A stretch of DNA of 33,468 bases, taken from positions 1 to 33,468 of the forward strand of contig JBCBTR010000001.1 in assembly GCA_039818545.1 (NCBI GenBank). Direction: 5' to 3'. The stretch comes from Pseudomonadota bacterium. GTDB taxonomy: Bacteria > Pseudomonadota > Alphaproteobacteria > Caulobacterales > Hyphomonadaceae. Positions 1 to 10,106 of the stretch are shown piece by piece. A program made the position numbers and the translations under genes. Position 1 is the first letter of the stretch. Every line of letters starts with the position of its first letter. Under the pieces are notes generated by a model, which had not been told where the DNA came from, searched no databases, and saw only the letters and a program-made list of their open reading frames with translations.

Positions 1-68
1 ACGAAGCTCAAAATCCTGAGTCCGTCGATTTCAAGTCGATGAATTCGAAAAATACGAGATCGGCCTAA
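1..68 (+). CDS. rplM: 3' end of ribosomal protein L13 (partial, runs off the left edge)
   Basis: Frame 3 reads EAQNPESVDFKSMNSKNTRSA then TAA at 66-68. This resembles alphaproteobacterial L13 C-termini, and the position directly upstream of rpsI matches the conserved rplM-rpsI operon. Confidence 0.5.
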   Translation, partial: EAQNPESVDFKSMNSKNTRSA

Positions 69-71
69 TAC

Positions 72-560
72 ATGTCTGATACTGCACAATCCCTCGAAGA
101 TCTCGGCGCGCTCGAAGGCGCACCTGCCGGCGAAGAGCTGGTCGTTGCCCCCGTCGAACCCAAGATTGACGAATTCGGCCGCGCTTACGGTACAGGCCGC
201 CGGAAATCTGCTGTTGCCCGCGTCTGGATTAAGCCCGGCTCCGGCAAGATCACCATCAATGGCAAGGATCAGGAGCAGTACTTTGCTCGCCCGGTCCTGC
301 GCATGGTTATCGAGCAACCGCTGATCGAAGCCGACCGGCGCACTCAATTCGACATTATCTGCACCGTAAAGGGCTCCGGCCTGTCCGGTCAGGCTGGCGC
401 GATCCGCCACGGCATCACACGCGCACTTGTCGCGTATGAGCCGAGCCTTCGCTCGGTTCTCAAGCCGCATGGCTTCCTGACACGTGACCCGCGTACTGTG
501 GAACGCAAGAAATATGGCCGTGCGAAAGCGCGCCGCAGCTTCCAGTTCTCGAAGCGTTAG
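72..560 (+). CDS. rpsI: 30S ribosomal protein S9
   Basis: 162 aa. Contains [42 protein letters not shown] and the C-terminal [11 protein letters not shown] typical of S9. Confidence 0.95.
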   Translation: MSDTAQSLEDLGALEGAPAGEELVVAPVEPKIDEFGRAYGTGRRKSAVARVWIKPGSGKITINGKDQEQYFARPVLRMVIEQPLIEADRRTQFDIICTVKGSGLSGQAGAIRHGITRALVAYEPSLRSVLKPHGFLTRDPRTVERKKYGRAKARRSFQFSKR

Positions 561-589
561 ATCAACGAGCGAACTCGGGTTTGTTCAGC

Positions 590-623
590 GGGCGCTTCGG
601 AAACGAGGCGCCCGTTTTCTATT
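590..623 (+). terminator. Rho-independent terminator after rpsI
   Basis: A 10-bp stem GGGCGCTTCG (590-599) pairs with CGAGGCGCCC (604-613) and includes one G-U pair. The loop is a GAAA tetraloop, followed by GTTTTCTATT. Confidence 0.65.
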
Positions 624-635
624 CGGAGCAACAAG

Positions 636-1628
636 ATGTCTCTCCCAAAAGTTTTCATTGATGGCGAAGCCGGAACCACAGGCCTGCAGATTGTCGATCG
701 GCTGAAAGGCCGGGACGATCTGGAACTCATGTCAATCGATCCGGACCTGCGCAAGGATGCCGGCGCGCGCTCAGCGCTGATGAACGACGCCGATGCGGTG
801 ATCCTGTGCCTGCCGGATGATGCCGCCCGCGAAGCCGTCAAGCTCGTCACCAACCCTGAAACCGCCATCATCGATGCCTCCACGGCGCATCGCGTGGCAG
901 ACGAATGGACCTACGGTTTCGCCGAGTATGCTCCGCATCAGCGGTCGGCGATCTCGGCGTCAAAGCGTATCTCGAATCCGGGCTGTTATCCCACCGGGAC
1001 GATTGCACTGCTCGCCCCTCTGATTGCCGCCGGGCTCGTGCCCGCTGTCTTTCCGATCACGGTCAATGCGGTGTCAGGCTACAGCGGCGGCGGGAAGGGC
1101 CTGATTGCTGAATACAAGGACGGCAAGGGCGATCCGCTCCGCACATATGCAGCCACGCTTGCGCACAAGCATATCCCGGAAATGACGCAGTATTCGGGGC
1201 TGAAGCATCCGCCTCTCTTTGCCCCGGCCGTCGGCGCGTTCGAGCAGGGGATGATCATCGATATCCCGCTCCAGCTCTGGGCCCTACCAGAGGTCGTCAC
1301 CACCTCCGACCTGCGGTCGGTCCTCACCGTCGCCTATTCGGGAGAGCCCTTCATTGATGTGGTGGACGCAGAAGCAACCGCGGAGCTTCAACAGAAGCGG
1401 AAAGGCGCAGCGGGAACGGTCGAGGCACTGGATCCGCAATCGCTGAACGGGACGAACGGTCTTCGCCTGTTCGTGCTCGGCAATGATGAGATGCGGCAGG
1501 CGCGGCTGGTCGCCATTCTCGACAATCTCGGCAAGGGCGCGTCCGGTGCAGCAGTGCAGAATCTCAATCTCGCGCTTGGCCTGCCGGAAGGATCAGGCCT
1601 TGGCGGTGGCCTTGCGGCGCTTGGCTGA
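636..1628 (+). CDS. argC: N-acetyl-gamma-glutamyl-phosphate reductase (short, type-2 ArgC)
   Basis: 330 aa. N-terminal [13 protein letters not shown] Rossmann motif and the catalytic-Cys motif SNPGCYPTG. Confidence 0.9.
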   Translation: MSLPKVFIDGEAGTTGLQIVDRLKGRDDLELMSIDPDLRKDAGARSALMNDADAVILCLPDDAAREAVKLVTNPETAIIDASTAHRVADEWTYGFAEYAPHQRSAISASKRISNPGCYPTGTIALLAPLIAAGLVPAVFPITVNAVSGYSGGGKGLIAEYKDGKGDPLRTYAATLAHKHIPEMTQYSGLKHPPLFAPAVGAFEQGMIIDIPLQLWALPEVVTTSDLRSVLTVAYSGEPFIDVVDAEATAELQQKRKGAAGTVEALDPQSLNGTNGLRLFVLGNDEMRQARLVAILDNLGKGASGAAVQNLNLALGLPEGSGLGGGLAALG

Positions 1629-3488
1629 GGCCTTCTTGCCGGCGGTCGACTTGGCCTTGCCAGCCTTCTTCCGTTCCTGGGCGATGTCTTCCAGGCGCGA
1701 CTTCACGTAAGTCCCGGGAGCATCGCCGAGACCGCAATCCTTGGGCTCGATCGCCGGGATCTTCTCGCCGGAATTCTTCTTCAGCCATTTCCACCATGTC
1801 GGCCACCATGAGCCGGGTATCTCTTCTGCGTCGCCCAGCCACTCATCGGCATCGCCGGGCAGATCCTTGCGGACCCAGTGCTGGTACTTGTTTGCGTCGG
1901 GGTGATTGACCACGCCTGCGATATGGCCGGAGCCAGCCATCACAAATGTGGTGTCGCCGCCAAAGACCTTCGCCGTGCGATAGACCGACTCATACGGGCA
2001 GATGTGATCGTCCCGGCTGCACTGCACAAAGACGGGGATCTTCACGTCGGAAAGATCGACGCGCTCGCCGAGAATCTCGAACTCGCCTTTTGCGAGCGCG
2101 TTCTCGCCATAGAAGCGCTGAATGTAAGTTCTGTGAGTCGGGCCGGGGATGTTGGTCTGGTCCGCATTCCAGTAGAGCAGATCGAACGGGCGCGGCTTCT
2201 TGCCCATCATGTAATTGTCCACGACATAGCGCCACACAAGATCGACCGGCCGGAGCCAGTTGAACGTCTCGGCCATGTATTCGCCTGGCATGATCCCATC
2301 ATGCTCATCGATGATCGTCGAGATGGTCTGCTGGGCCTCGCCATCGGTGAAGATCAGCAGTTCGCCGGCTTTCTCGAAGTCCGACTGCGAGGCGAAGAAG
2401 GTGGCCGATGCAATCCGGGTGTCATCGGTCTGGGCCATGCGCGCCAACGTGCCGGAGAGCAGGGACCCGCCGATGCAATATCCGACCGTGTTGAGATCCT
2501 CGGCACCCGTCGCCTCAAGCGCGGCGTCCAAGGCGGCATGGATGCCTTTCTCGACATAATCGTCCCACGTGTAATCCTTGGTCACATCGTCGGCAGACCG
2601 CCATGATACAACCAGAACCGTCAGGCCCTTGTTGACGAGCCAGCGGATCATCGAATTCTCCTCACGGAGATCGAGAATGTAAAACTTGTTGATCCAGGGC
2701 GGGAAGATCAGCAGCGGGCGCTCCCGCGTCTTCTTCTTTGTTGGTGCATACTGGATGAGCTCGATCAGGTCGTTGCGGAACACGACCTTGCCGGGGGCGG
2801 TGGCGATGTTCTTGCCGACCTCGAACGGTGTCTCATCTGTCTGGCTGATGGAGAGCTTGCCGCCGCCGCGCTTGATGTCCGTCCGCGCCTGACGAAGCCC
2901 TTCAACAACGCTGGACCCGCCACTCTCCAGCATGGCCTTGAGGGCGGTGGGATTGCTCGCGAAGAAATTCGTCGGCGCAAAGGCATCGACTGTCAGCCGT
3001 CCATAATACTTGGCTTTTCTGCGGTCGGCCTCTTCCAGCTCGGTCGCGCTGTCGACGAGCGCCATCATCCAGTCGGAGTTCAGTTTGTAGGCCCGGCGCA
3101 TGAAATCGAACATCGGGTTCTCGGACCATTCCGGATCGGAGAATCGGCGATCGCGCTCAGCCTCATCGAGGTTGCCCGTCATGAATCCCTGAAAGAGTTC
3201 GAACCAGCCCCGCATCAGTTCAGCATTCGCATTCGCGAGCCGGTCCGGGTGGGCGAGCAGGGACCGGCCGACCTTGGATAGGGCTTTCGACGCGGCGACA
3301 GGGTCGTTGGCGGGGTTTTGCGTGCCGGTAGACCCGAACCCGATCACATCGCTGATCAGCGACTGGCTCTCAGACATGGCTTCGGCCATGGTCGATGAAA
3401 GCGCTTGCAATTGTTCTGGAGGGCGGCTGGCCAAAAGTTCCGAGAGGGACGGAGAACGGTCTTTGCCGTTGGTCTGTTTACCTGCCAT
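1593..3488 (-). CDS. phaC: Class I poly(3-hydroxyalkanoate) synthase with a Lys/Ala-rich C-terminal tail
   Basis: Lipase-box variant GYCIGG (G-x-C-x-G), length about 630 aa, and conserved WNADQTN and [12 protein letters not shown] regions. The track ORF begins at a TTG (3518). I prefer the ATG at 3488 (MAGKQ...), which is preceded by AAGG. The start is uncertain by 30 nt. Confidence 0.88.
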   Translation of the reverse strand: MAGKQTNGKDRSPSLSELLASRPPEQLQALSSTMAEAMSESQSLISDVIGFGSTGTQNPANDPVAASKALSKVGRSLLAHPDRLANANAELMRGWFELFQGFMTGNLDEAERDRRFSDPEWSENPMFDFMRRAYKLNSDWMMALVDSATELEEADRRKAKYYGRLTVDAFAPTNFFASNPTALKAMLESGGSSVVEGLRQARTDIKRGGGKLSISQTDETPFEVGKNIATAPGKVVFRNDLIELIQYAPTKKKTRERPLLIFPPWINKFYILDLREENSMIRWLVNKGLTVLVVSWRSADDVTKDYTWDDYVEKGIHAALDAALEATGAEDLNTVGYCIGGSLLSGTLARMAQTDDTRIASATFFASQSDFEKAGELLIFTDGEAQQTISTIIDEHDGIMPGEYMAETFNWLRPVDLVWRYVVDNYMMGKKPRPFDLLYWNADQTNIPGPTHRTYIQRFYGENALAKGEFEILGERVDLSDVKIPVFVQCSRDDHICPYESVYRTAKVFGGDTTFVMAGSGHIAGVVNHPDANKYQHWVRKDLPGDADEWLGDAEEIPGSWWPTWWKWLKKNSGEKIPAIEPKDCGLGDAPGTYVKSRLEDIAQERKKAGKAKSTAGKKASAKRRKATAKA

Positions 3489-3572
3489 TAGCCTTAATCT
3501 CGCCCTTCTGTGCGACAACTCGTATAGTAGCAGGGTATTTGGAATTAGTGAGTCTCGGGACGAAATTAACTG

Positions 3573-3980
3573 ATGTTTGTTAGGACTTTAGCCCTCGTTG
3601 CCCTTCTGGGTGGCTGCGCCGGATCGGTCGATCGGGTGCGCGGGCTCGTTGCCGATGCGCCGGATTGGTACACCGAACGCCGGGTGGAGATCCGCGGCGA
3701 AGGCTATCCGAACGTCGCAGCCATCCCCCGGCTCGATGAAAACACGCGCCCCGGCAAGGACCTGAACGTCGAGCAGGACAGTCTCGGCACGGCAGAAATC
3801 GCGTTTTTGGCGCATCCCCGCGCTGAACCAGCCTCTCCGACATCCACCGAAGAGATCTACGAATTGCAGGCGTCGCTGATGGCGCGCTTCGATCCAGTAT
3901 CGACCCCGCCAGACATCCTGACGGACGAAGAAATCGAAGCACTCAGATCAGTCTTTGACAAATACACCGCAGGCGGTTGA
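3573..3980 (+). CDS. Hypothetical lipoprotein
   Basis: 135 aa. N-terminus MFVRTLALVALLGGCAGS has a signal peptide plus a lipobox-like LGGC. No recognisable domain. Confidence 0.55.
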   Translation: MFVRTLALVALLGGCAGSVDRVRGLVADAPDWYTERRVEIRGEGYPNVAAIPRLDENTRPGKDLNVEQDSLGTAEIAFLAHPRAEPASPTSTEEIYELQASLMARFDPVSTPPDILTDEEIEALRSVFDKYTAGG

Positions 3981-4003
3981 AAACACCCGTCAAGGAGACG
4001 GTC

Positions 4004-5203
4004 ATGAACGGCGAGTTCCATAAAATCAGGCGATTGCCGCCCTATGTGTTCGAACAGGTGAACCGCAAGGCCGCCACGCTTCGAGCGGAAGGGGCCGATA
4101 TCATCAATCTCGGCATGGGCAATCCGGACCTGCCGACGCCGCAGCACATCATCGATAAGCTAACCGAGACGGCTCAGAAACCGGGCACGAACCGCTATTC
4201 TTCCTCGCGCGGCATTCCCGGCCTGCGCCGGGCGCTCGCTGGTTATTACAAGCGACGCTTCGACGTGACGCTCGACATGGACCGGGAAGTGATTGTCACG
4301 CTGGGCTCGAAGGAAGGCTTTGCCAACCTCGCACAGGCCATGACCGCCCCCGGTGATGTGATCCTCGCTCCGGACCCATCCTATCCGATCCATTCGTTCG
4401 GCTTCATCATGGCCGGGGCCTCCATTCGGAACGTGCCAGCGCTGACTCCAGAGCAGTATCTCTCAAGCCTCGGAAAGGCTGTGAACCATTCGGTTCCGCC
4501 GCCAACGGCGATGGTGCTCTGCTATCCGTCAAACCCGACTGCGGAAGTCGTCGACCTCGATTTCTATCGGGAGGCCGTCCGCTTCGCCAAGAAACACGAT
4601 CTCTGGATTCTGTCGGATCTCGCCTACAATGAGATTTACTTCGACGAACAGCCGCCCTCGATCCTCCAGATTGACGGCGCGCGAGACATCGCTGTCGAAA
4701 CCACCACGCTCTCCAAGACTTACTCCATGGCCGGTTGGCGCGTCGGCTTTGTCGCTGGCAATGAACGCCTGATTGGCGCGCTGGCCCGTGTGAAATCCTA
4801 TCTCGACTATGGTGCCTACACGCCTATTCAGGTCGCCGCCTGCGCCGCGCTCGACGGCCCCGACGACTGCGTCGAAGAGATGCGCGAGACTTACCGGTCC
4901 CGGCGCGATGCGCTTGTAGAGAGCTTCACCCGTGCTGGCTGGCGTATCCCGAGCCCACGCGCCTCAATGTTCGCATGGGCCCCGATCCCGCCGGCCCTGC
5001 GCGCGCTCGGAAGCCTTGAATTTTCGCTCCAACTGATCGAAGAGGCGCACGTCGCCGTTTCTCCGGGCGCTGCTTTTGGCGAGCACGGAGAAGGCTATGT
5101 CCGCATAGGTCTCGTAGAGAACGAGCAGCGGCTCCGCCAGGCGGCGCGCAACATCAGAAAGTTTCTGGAAGCGCGCGGCATCAACGAAATCGCTGCGGCC
5201 TGA
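4004..5203 (+). CDS. PLP-dependent class I/II aminotransferase (the aminotransferase usually found upstream of hom in alphaproteobacteria)
   Basis: Contains IRRLPPYVFEQV, INLGMGNPDLPTP and the PLP-lysine motif LSKTYSMAGWRVGF. The ATG at 4004 is preceded by the strong SD AAGGAG (3992-3997). The track ORF start at 3977 is a TTG overlapping the upstream stop. Confidence 0.85.
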   Translation: MNGEFHKIRRLPPYVFEQVNRKAATLRAEGADIINLGMGNPDLPTPQHIIDKLTETAQKPGTNRYSSSRGIPGLRRALAGYYKRRFDVTLDMDREVIVTLGSKEGFANLAQAMTAPGDVILAPDPSYPIHSFGFIMAGASIRNVPALTPEQYLSSLGKAVNHSVPPPTAMVLCYPSNPTAEVVDLDFYREAVRFAKKHDLWILSDLAYNEIYFDEQPPSILQIDGARDIAVETTTLSKTYSMAGWRVGFVAGNERLIGALARVKSYLDYGAYTPIQVAACAALDGPDDCVEEMRETYRSRRDALVESFTRAGWRIPSPRASMFAWAPIPPALRALGSLEFSLQLIEEAHVAVSPGAAFGEHGEGYVRIGLVENEQRLRQAARNIRKFLEARGINEIAAA

Positions 5204-5231
5204 TCCGCCGGAGCAGGGGAAGGAACCGGCT

Positions 5232-6515
5232 TTGAAGCCATTGCGTCTTGGAATCGCCGGCCTCGGCCATGTGGGCTGCGGCCTCATTGATCTTGTCGAA
5301 AAACAGGACAAGCTACGCCTGCCGGGCCCGGTGGAAGTAACCGGCGTGTCCGCGCGCAGTCGCGGGCGCAATCGCAATGCCGATATCTCCGGCTATCGCT
5401 GGTTCGACGATGCCGCCACGCTGGCCGAAGACGAAGACATTGATGTCTTCGTTGAACTGGTGGGCGGCTCCGATGGACCCGCGAAGTTTGCTGTCGAGAC
5501 AGCCCTGAAAGCCGGAAAGCCGGTCGTCACGGCGAACAAGGCCCTGATCGCGCTGCACGGGTCCGCGCTGGCGGATCTCGCAAGCGAGAACAATGTTGAT
5601 CTTCTGTTCGAGGCTGCGGTCGCCGGCGGCGTTCCGGTTGTTCGCGCGCTGCGGGACTCGCTTTCTGCGGTTCAGGTTAGCCGCGTCTCCGGCATTCTGA
5701 ACGGCACCTGCAACTTCCTGACAACCGAGATGCTGAAGACCGGCCGGTCTTATGAAGAAGTCCTGTCAGAGGCTCAGAAGCTTGGATATGCGGAGGCTGA
5801 TCCAACCTTCGACGTTTCCGGGATGGATGCGGCCCACAAGGCTGCCATTCTGTCTGCGATCGCATTCTCGGCGGATCTGGATTTCTCCAAGGTCTCTGTT
5901 GAGGGCGTCGAGAACGTTGAATTGCTGGATCTGACCTTCGCAGACCGGCTCGGTTATCGCATCAAGCTGATCGCTGAGGGTGTGCTGACGGACAATGGTG
6001 TCGTCTGCCGTGTTGCCCCGATGGCGTTGCCGCATGAACATCCGCTGGCGCGCGTCAATGGCAGCCTCAACACCGTCCGGGTTGAGGGTGAACCCCTTGG
6101 TGCTGTTGTTCTGACGGGCCCCGGAGCTGGGGCAGGCCCGACAGCAAGCGCCGTGATGGGCGATATTGCCAAGCTTTTCACGCCATCCGCGAGACCTGCA
6201 TTCGGGCGCGCGGACCACCATTCCGGTCGACCCTTCACGACCGAGATCACAGATGAGCGCTCGGCCTACTTCCTGCGGGTACGCCTTCAGGATCGCTCGG
6301 GTGCACTGGCTGAATTGACCGAGGCCCTCGCTGCAGAGGGCGTCTCTGTCGACAAGCTGATGCAGGATTCAGCTGATGAAAACGGCGCTGCGCCGATTGC
6401 GATTGTCACACATGTTTGCTCAAACGCTGAGATTAACGCGGCCCGTGAGAGACTCGACGGGCTTTCCAGCCCCATTGACGCACCGCTTCTCATCCGTATC
6501 GAAGCAGCAGCCTAA
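5232..6515 (+). CDS. hom: Homoserine dehydrogenase
   Basis: 427 aa with a TTG start. N-terminal LGIAGLGHVGCG NAD-binding motif, NGTCNFL, and a C-terminal ACT-like region (YFLRVRLQDRSGALAELTEAL). Confidence 0.9.
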   Translation: MKPLRLGIAGLGHVGCGLIDLVEKQDKLRLPGPVEVTGVSARSRGRNRNADISGYRWFDDAATLAEDEDIDVFVELVGGSDGPAKFAVETALKAGKPVVTANKALIALHGSALADLASENNVDLLFEAAVAGGVPVVRALRDSLSAVQVSRVSGILNGTCNFLTTEMLKTGRSYEEVLSEAQKLGYAEADPTFDVSGMDAAHKAAILSAIAFSADLDFSKVSVEGVENVELLDLTFADRLGYRIKLIAEGVLTDNGVVCRVAPMALPHEHPLARVNGSLNTVRVEGEPLGAVVLTGPGAGAGPTASAVMGDIAKLFTPSARPAFGRADHHSGRPFTTEITDERSAYFLRVRLQDRSGALAELTEALAAEGVSVDKLMQDSADENGAAPIAIVTHVCSNAEINAARERLDGLSSPIDAPLLIRIEAAA

Positions 6516-6557
6516 TAAGAATCATAAGCGGCGAGTCAGCCGCAGGAGTGCAATGCC

Positions 6558-7508
6558 ATGACAAGTATCCTTACGCCTGATCTCGCGGACGCAATGGTCC
6601 GCGTCACCGAGAAAGCTGCCGTCGCCGCATCGACCCTTGTTGGGCGCGGGGATGAAAAGGCCGCCGATCAGGCCGCCGTCGACGCCATGCGCACGGCCTT
6701 CAACGATATCGACTTCAAAGGCCGGATCGTGATCGGCGAAGGCGAACGCGACGAAGCGCCAATGCTCTATATCGGCGAGGAAGTCGGCACGCGGACGGGG
6801 CCGGAGATTGATATCGCGCTTGATCCGCTTGAAGGCACCACACTGACCGCGAAAGCCATGGCGAACGCACTCGCCGTTCTTGCCATCGCGCCACGCGGCG
6901 GGTTGCTTCACGCACCAGACACCTACATGGAAAAAATCGCCGTCGGCCCCGGCTATCCGGATGACATTGTCAGCCTCGACACAACACCCGCCGAAGTGAT
7001 TGGCGAACTCGCCAAGGCCAAGGGCGTCGACGTCGGCTCAATGACGGCCTGTGTCCTCGATCGCCCGCGTCACGCCGATACGATCGAAAGCCTACGTTCG
7101 GCAGGTGCCCGCATTCGCCTGATTACGGATGGAGACGTGGCAGGTATTATCTACACGACAGATCCAGCCACCGGCATCGATCTCTATGTCGGGTCCGGCG
7201 GCGCGCCGGAAGGAGTGCTTGCGGCAGCCGCGTTGAAATGCGTCGGCGGCCAGATGAAGGGCCGTCTGGTCTTCCGTAATGATGATGAGCGTGCCCGCGC
7301 CAGCCGCGTCGGCATCACCGATTTCGACCGCACTTATGATCTGTCCGAACTCGCCTCTGATGAAACGGTCTTCTGCGCCACGGGCGTCACCAATGGCGAC
7401 CTGCTGGAAGGTGTCCGCACGGATGCAAAAGGCGTTCAAACCCACACGCTGGTCATGTCTTCAGCTGACGGTGCCGTTCGAATGATCCGGTCCAAACGGC
7501 CCGCCTGA
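6558..7508 (+). CDS. glpX: Class II fructose-1,6-bisphosphatase
   Basis: 316 aa. GRGDEKAADQAAVDAMR, DPLEGTT and GGAPEGV motifs typical of GlpX. Confidence 0.9.
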   Translation: MTSILTPDLADAMVRVTEKAAVAASTLVGRGDEKAADQAAVDAMRTAFNDIDFKGRIVIGEGERDEAPMLYIGEEVGTRTGPEIDIALDPLEGTTLTAKAMANALAVLAIAPRGGLLHAPDTYMEKIAVGPGYPDDIVSLDTTPAEVIGELAKAKGVDVGSMTACVLDRPRHADTIESLRSAGARIRLITDGDVAGIIYTTDPATGIDLYVGSGGAPEGVLAAAALKCVGGQMKGRLVFRNDDERARASRVGITDFDRTYDLSELASDETVFCATGVTNGDLLEGVRTDAKGVQTHTLVMSSADGAVRMIRSKRPA

Positions 7509-7512
7509 CCGG

Positions 7513-9303
7513 ATGGCGACCGAAGCGCCATCCCACGACAATCTATTCGACGTCTCTGACTCTCTGACAGGGCGCTTCTGGCACCTCGCTGCGCCAGAAG
7601 AGATCGATGTACGTGCGCTGTCAGCACAACTCGGCGGCAACGACACACTTGCCCGTCTGCTGGCGCTTCGCGGCGTCAAAGCAGAGGGCGTCGACACATA
7701 CCTGAACCCAACGCTTCGGGCCCTGTTTCCAGACCCGTTCAGCTTTGCCGATATGGAAAAGGCCGCCGAACTTGTCCTCGACGCCATTCAGGACGGGCGG
7801 GCGGTTACGGTCTTTGCTGACTATGACGTGGATGGCGGAACCTCCTCGGCACTTCTCAGCCGATACTTTCGCGTTTGGGGCCGCGACCTTGGCCTCTATG
7901 TCCCGGACCGCCTGAAAGAAGGATACGGGCCATCGCCAGAGGCTTTCCGGGCACTTCAAAAGTCAGGTGCCGAACTCGTCATCACGGTGGATTGCGGGGC
8001 AGCGGCTGTACAGGCCCTGGAAACCGCCGATGAGATTGGCCTGCCGGTAATCGTGCTGGACCATCACCTGATGCAGGGCGCGCCACCGCCGAGCGCGGCA
8101 CTGGTGAACCCAAACCGGGCCGATGACACCTCAGGCTGCGGGCACCTTGCTGCTGCGGGCGTGGTGTTCGTGTTTCTTGCCGCCATCAACAAGATCGCCC
8201 GTGCGCGCGGCGTTGAGCCAGAGGGCGGTCTGCCGGACCCGCTTCAATGGCTGGATCTCTGCGCGCTCGGCACGCTTTGCGACATGTCACCGCTCGAGGG
8301 CGTCAACCGAGCCTTCGTCAAGCAGGGCCTTAAAGTGATGAGTCGAAACGCCAATCCCGGTTTGAGGGCCTTAGCCGATGTATCGGGAATCGGAGCAATC
8401 GAGACCGTCTATCACGCGACCTTCATGCTCGGCCCGCGCCTGAATGCGGGCGGACGCGTCGGCGACCCGTGGCTGGCGGCAAAGCTGCTGGCGACAGACG
8501 ACCGTGCAGAAGCAATTGCGCTCGCGGAGCGACTGCACGCGCTCAATGATGAGCGAAAAGCCGTTGAAGCCGCCATTCTTGAAGAGGCTTCCACACAGGC
8601 TTCGAAAGCGCTGGAGCGTGATCCTGACAGGGGTATTCTCATCGCCAGCGGGGAAGGGTGGCATCCCGGTGTGATCGGCATTGTCGCCGGGCGGCTCAAA
8701 GACCGTTTTCACCTGCCAAGCATCGTGATCGGCTGGGGGGAGGGCCTCGGCCCTGTTGCCAAAGGCTCTGCGCGGTCTGTGCGCGGCGTGAACATTGGCG
8801 ACGCGATTGCGGTTGCCGCGAAAGAGGGCGTGATCCTCTCCGGAGGCGGTCATGCCATGGCCGGCGGGCTTAGCCTCGAACCGGAACAACTGGGGGCCTT
8901 TGACGACTGGATGACCCATCACATGGCGGCGTTCTCCGAAGAACGCGCCGCGGCGCTTGAACTGTTCATCGACGCTGTCTCATCGCCCGGCGCGGCGACC
9001 ACCGATTTCATCGACAGGATCGAGGCGCTCAGCCCGTTTGGCGTCGGCGCGCCTCAGCCGGTCTTCGCAATGGCCGACATTATGGTCACCGGGGCCCGCA
9101 CGGTCGGCACCAATCACACAAAGTTCGTCGCCGAAGACAGCTCCGGCCGGCTCGAATGCATAGCCTGGCGAACCAAAGACACCCCCCTCGGCGATGCCGT
9201 GGTGAATGGGGCGAGGCTTCATATTGTCGGACGGCTCAAGGCGGATGAATGGAACGGGCGACGGCGCGTACAGATGGAGGTCATCGACGCCGCACCCATA
9301 TGA
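7513..9303 (+). CDS. recJ: Single-stranded-DNA-specific exonuclease RecJ
   Basis: 596 aa. DHH-family motifs FADYDVDGGTS, ITVDCG and VLDHH, plus the DHHA1 motif GGGHAMAGG. Confidence 0.92.
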   Translation: MATEAPSHDNLFDVSDSLTGRFWHLAAPEEIDVRALSAQLGGNDTLARLLALRGVKAEGVDTYLNPTLRALFPDPFSFADMEKAAELVLDAIQDGRAVTVFADYDVDGGTSSALLSRYFRVWGRDLGLYVPDRLKEGYGPSPEAFRALQKSGAELVITVDCGAAAVQALETADEIGLPVIVLDHHLMQGAPPPSAALVNPNRADDTSGCGHLAAAGVVFVFLAAINKIARARGVEPEGGLPDPLQWLDLCALGTLCDMSPLEGVNRAFVKQGLKVMSRNANPGLRALADVSGIGAIETVYHATFMLGPRLNAGGRVGDPWLAAKLLATDDRAEAIALAERLHALNDERKAVEAAILEEASTQASKALERDPDRGILIASGEGWHPGVIGIVAGRLKDRFHLPSIVIGWGEGLGPVAKGSARSVRGVNIGDAIAVAAKEGVILSGGGHAMAGGLSLEPEQLGAFDDWMTHHMAAFSEERAAALELFIDAVSSPGAATTDFIDRIEALSPFGVGAPQPVFAMADIMVTGARTVGTNHTKFVAEDSSGRLECIAWRTKDTPLGDAVVNGARLHIVGRLKADEWNGRRRVQMEVIDAAPI

Positions 9304-9363
9304 TACATAACACCGCTTGCGTGTTCATCCGCGCGCCGTTATATCCGCTTTCTCCAACCGAGC

Positions 9364-9438
9364 GCTCCCTTCGTCTATCGGTTAGGACGCCAGGTTTTCA
9401 ACCTGGAAAGAGGGGTTCGATTCCCCTAGGGAGTGCCA
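9364..9438 (+). tRNA. tRNA-Glu (anticodon UUC)
   Basis: 75-nt cloverleaf folded by hand. Acceptor stem GCTCCCT/AGGGAGT, anticodon stem CCAGG/CCTGG with loop TTTTCAA, T-arm AGGGG-TTCGATT-CCCCT, encoded CCA. Confidence 0.9.
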
Positions 9439-9535
9439 CTTTTTCGACACGCTTGCATTTTTTCGTGTTGTCGATGTCTTGGGCGGGTGACAATTCCGCG
9501 ACAGACGCATAGCCTAATTCTTCAGGGGATTTTGG

Positions 9536-10057
9536 GTGATGTCACAAGTTGCGAAGCAAGATGATGCCGAGGTGGAACCGGAAACCGTCCGTGTGATCGG
9601 TACCGTCAAATGGTTCGATACTGCCAAGGGATACGGATTCGTGGTGCCGACAAGCGCCGCCGCATCTTCGTTTGGCGGGGACGTCCTTCTGCATATCAGC
9701 GCCTTGCGCCAGTACGGCGAGAGCTTTGCAGATGAAGGTGCCAACATCGTTTGTGATGCGATCCAGGGCGACAAAGGCTGGCAGGCCGTCAACATCATCG
9801 AGATGGACCCGCCTCGCGCGAAGGCTGCCGCTACAGACGAACAGGACGAGTTTACCTCAGTTGTGGTGAAATGGTTCAACCGCACGAAGGGATACGGTTT
9901 CGTGCAACTGGCGGACTCCGACGAAGACATATTCATCCACGCTGTCGTGGCCCGCGATGCTGGCTATGAAAGCCTCGAACCCGGCGACGAACTGACTGTC
10001 TCGATCCATACGGGCGCGAAGGGCAAGTATGTTGGCGGCGTGAAGGCGATTGATTGA
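9536..10057 (+). CDS. Cold-shock protein with two tandem cold-shock domains
   Basis: 173 aa. Two CSD/RNP1-like motifs, GTVKWFDTAKGYGFV and VVVKWFNRTKGYGFV. GTG 9536 and ATG 9539 are adjacent candidate starts. Confidence 0.85.
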   Translation: MMSQVAKQDDAEVEPETVRVIGTVKWFDTAKGYGFVVPTSAAASSFGGDVLLHISALRQYGESFADEGANIVCDAIQGDKGWQAVNIIEMDPPRAKAAATDEQDEFTSVVVKWFNRTKGYGFVQLADSDEDIFIHAVVARDAGYESLEPGDELTVSIHTGAKGKYVGGVKAID

Positions 10058-10106
10058 GCGGCCTAACGGCCTTGCGACAGTCCGGGCGCTCGATTAGACG
10101 ACGCAT

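Noticed and set aside
1878-2606. A 242-aa plus-strand ORF inside phaC. Similar antisense or alternate-frame ORFs occur at 11950-12780, 12969-14167, 20164-20784, 27860-28570 and 29937-30776.
   Set aside because: All lie wholly within well-supported genes on the other strand or in another frame. They have Arg/Pro/Gly/Ala-skewed composition and no motifs. They are GC-rich shadow ORFs.
9445-9473. An imperfect hairpin (CGACACG...CGTGTTGTCG) after tRNA-Glu, considered as a possible terminator.
   Set aside because: The stem needs a bulge, and the T-run lies in the loop rather than after the stem. It is not convincing as an intrinsic terminator.
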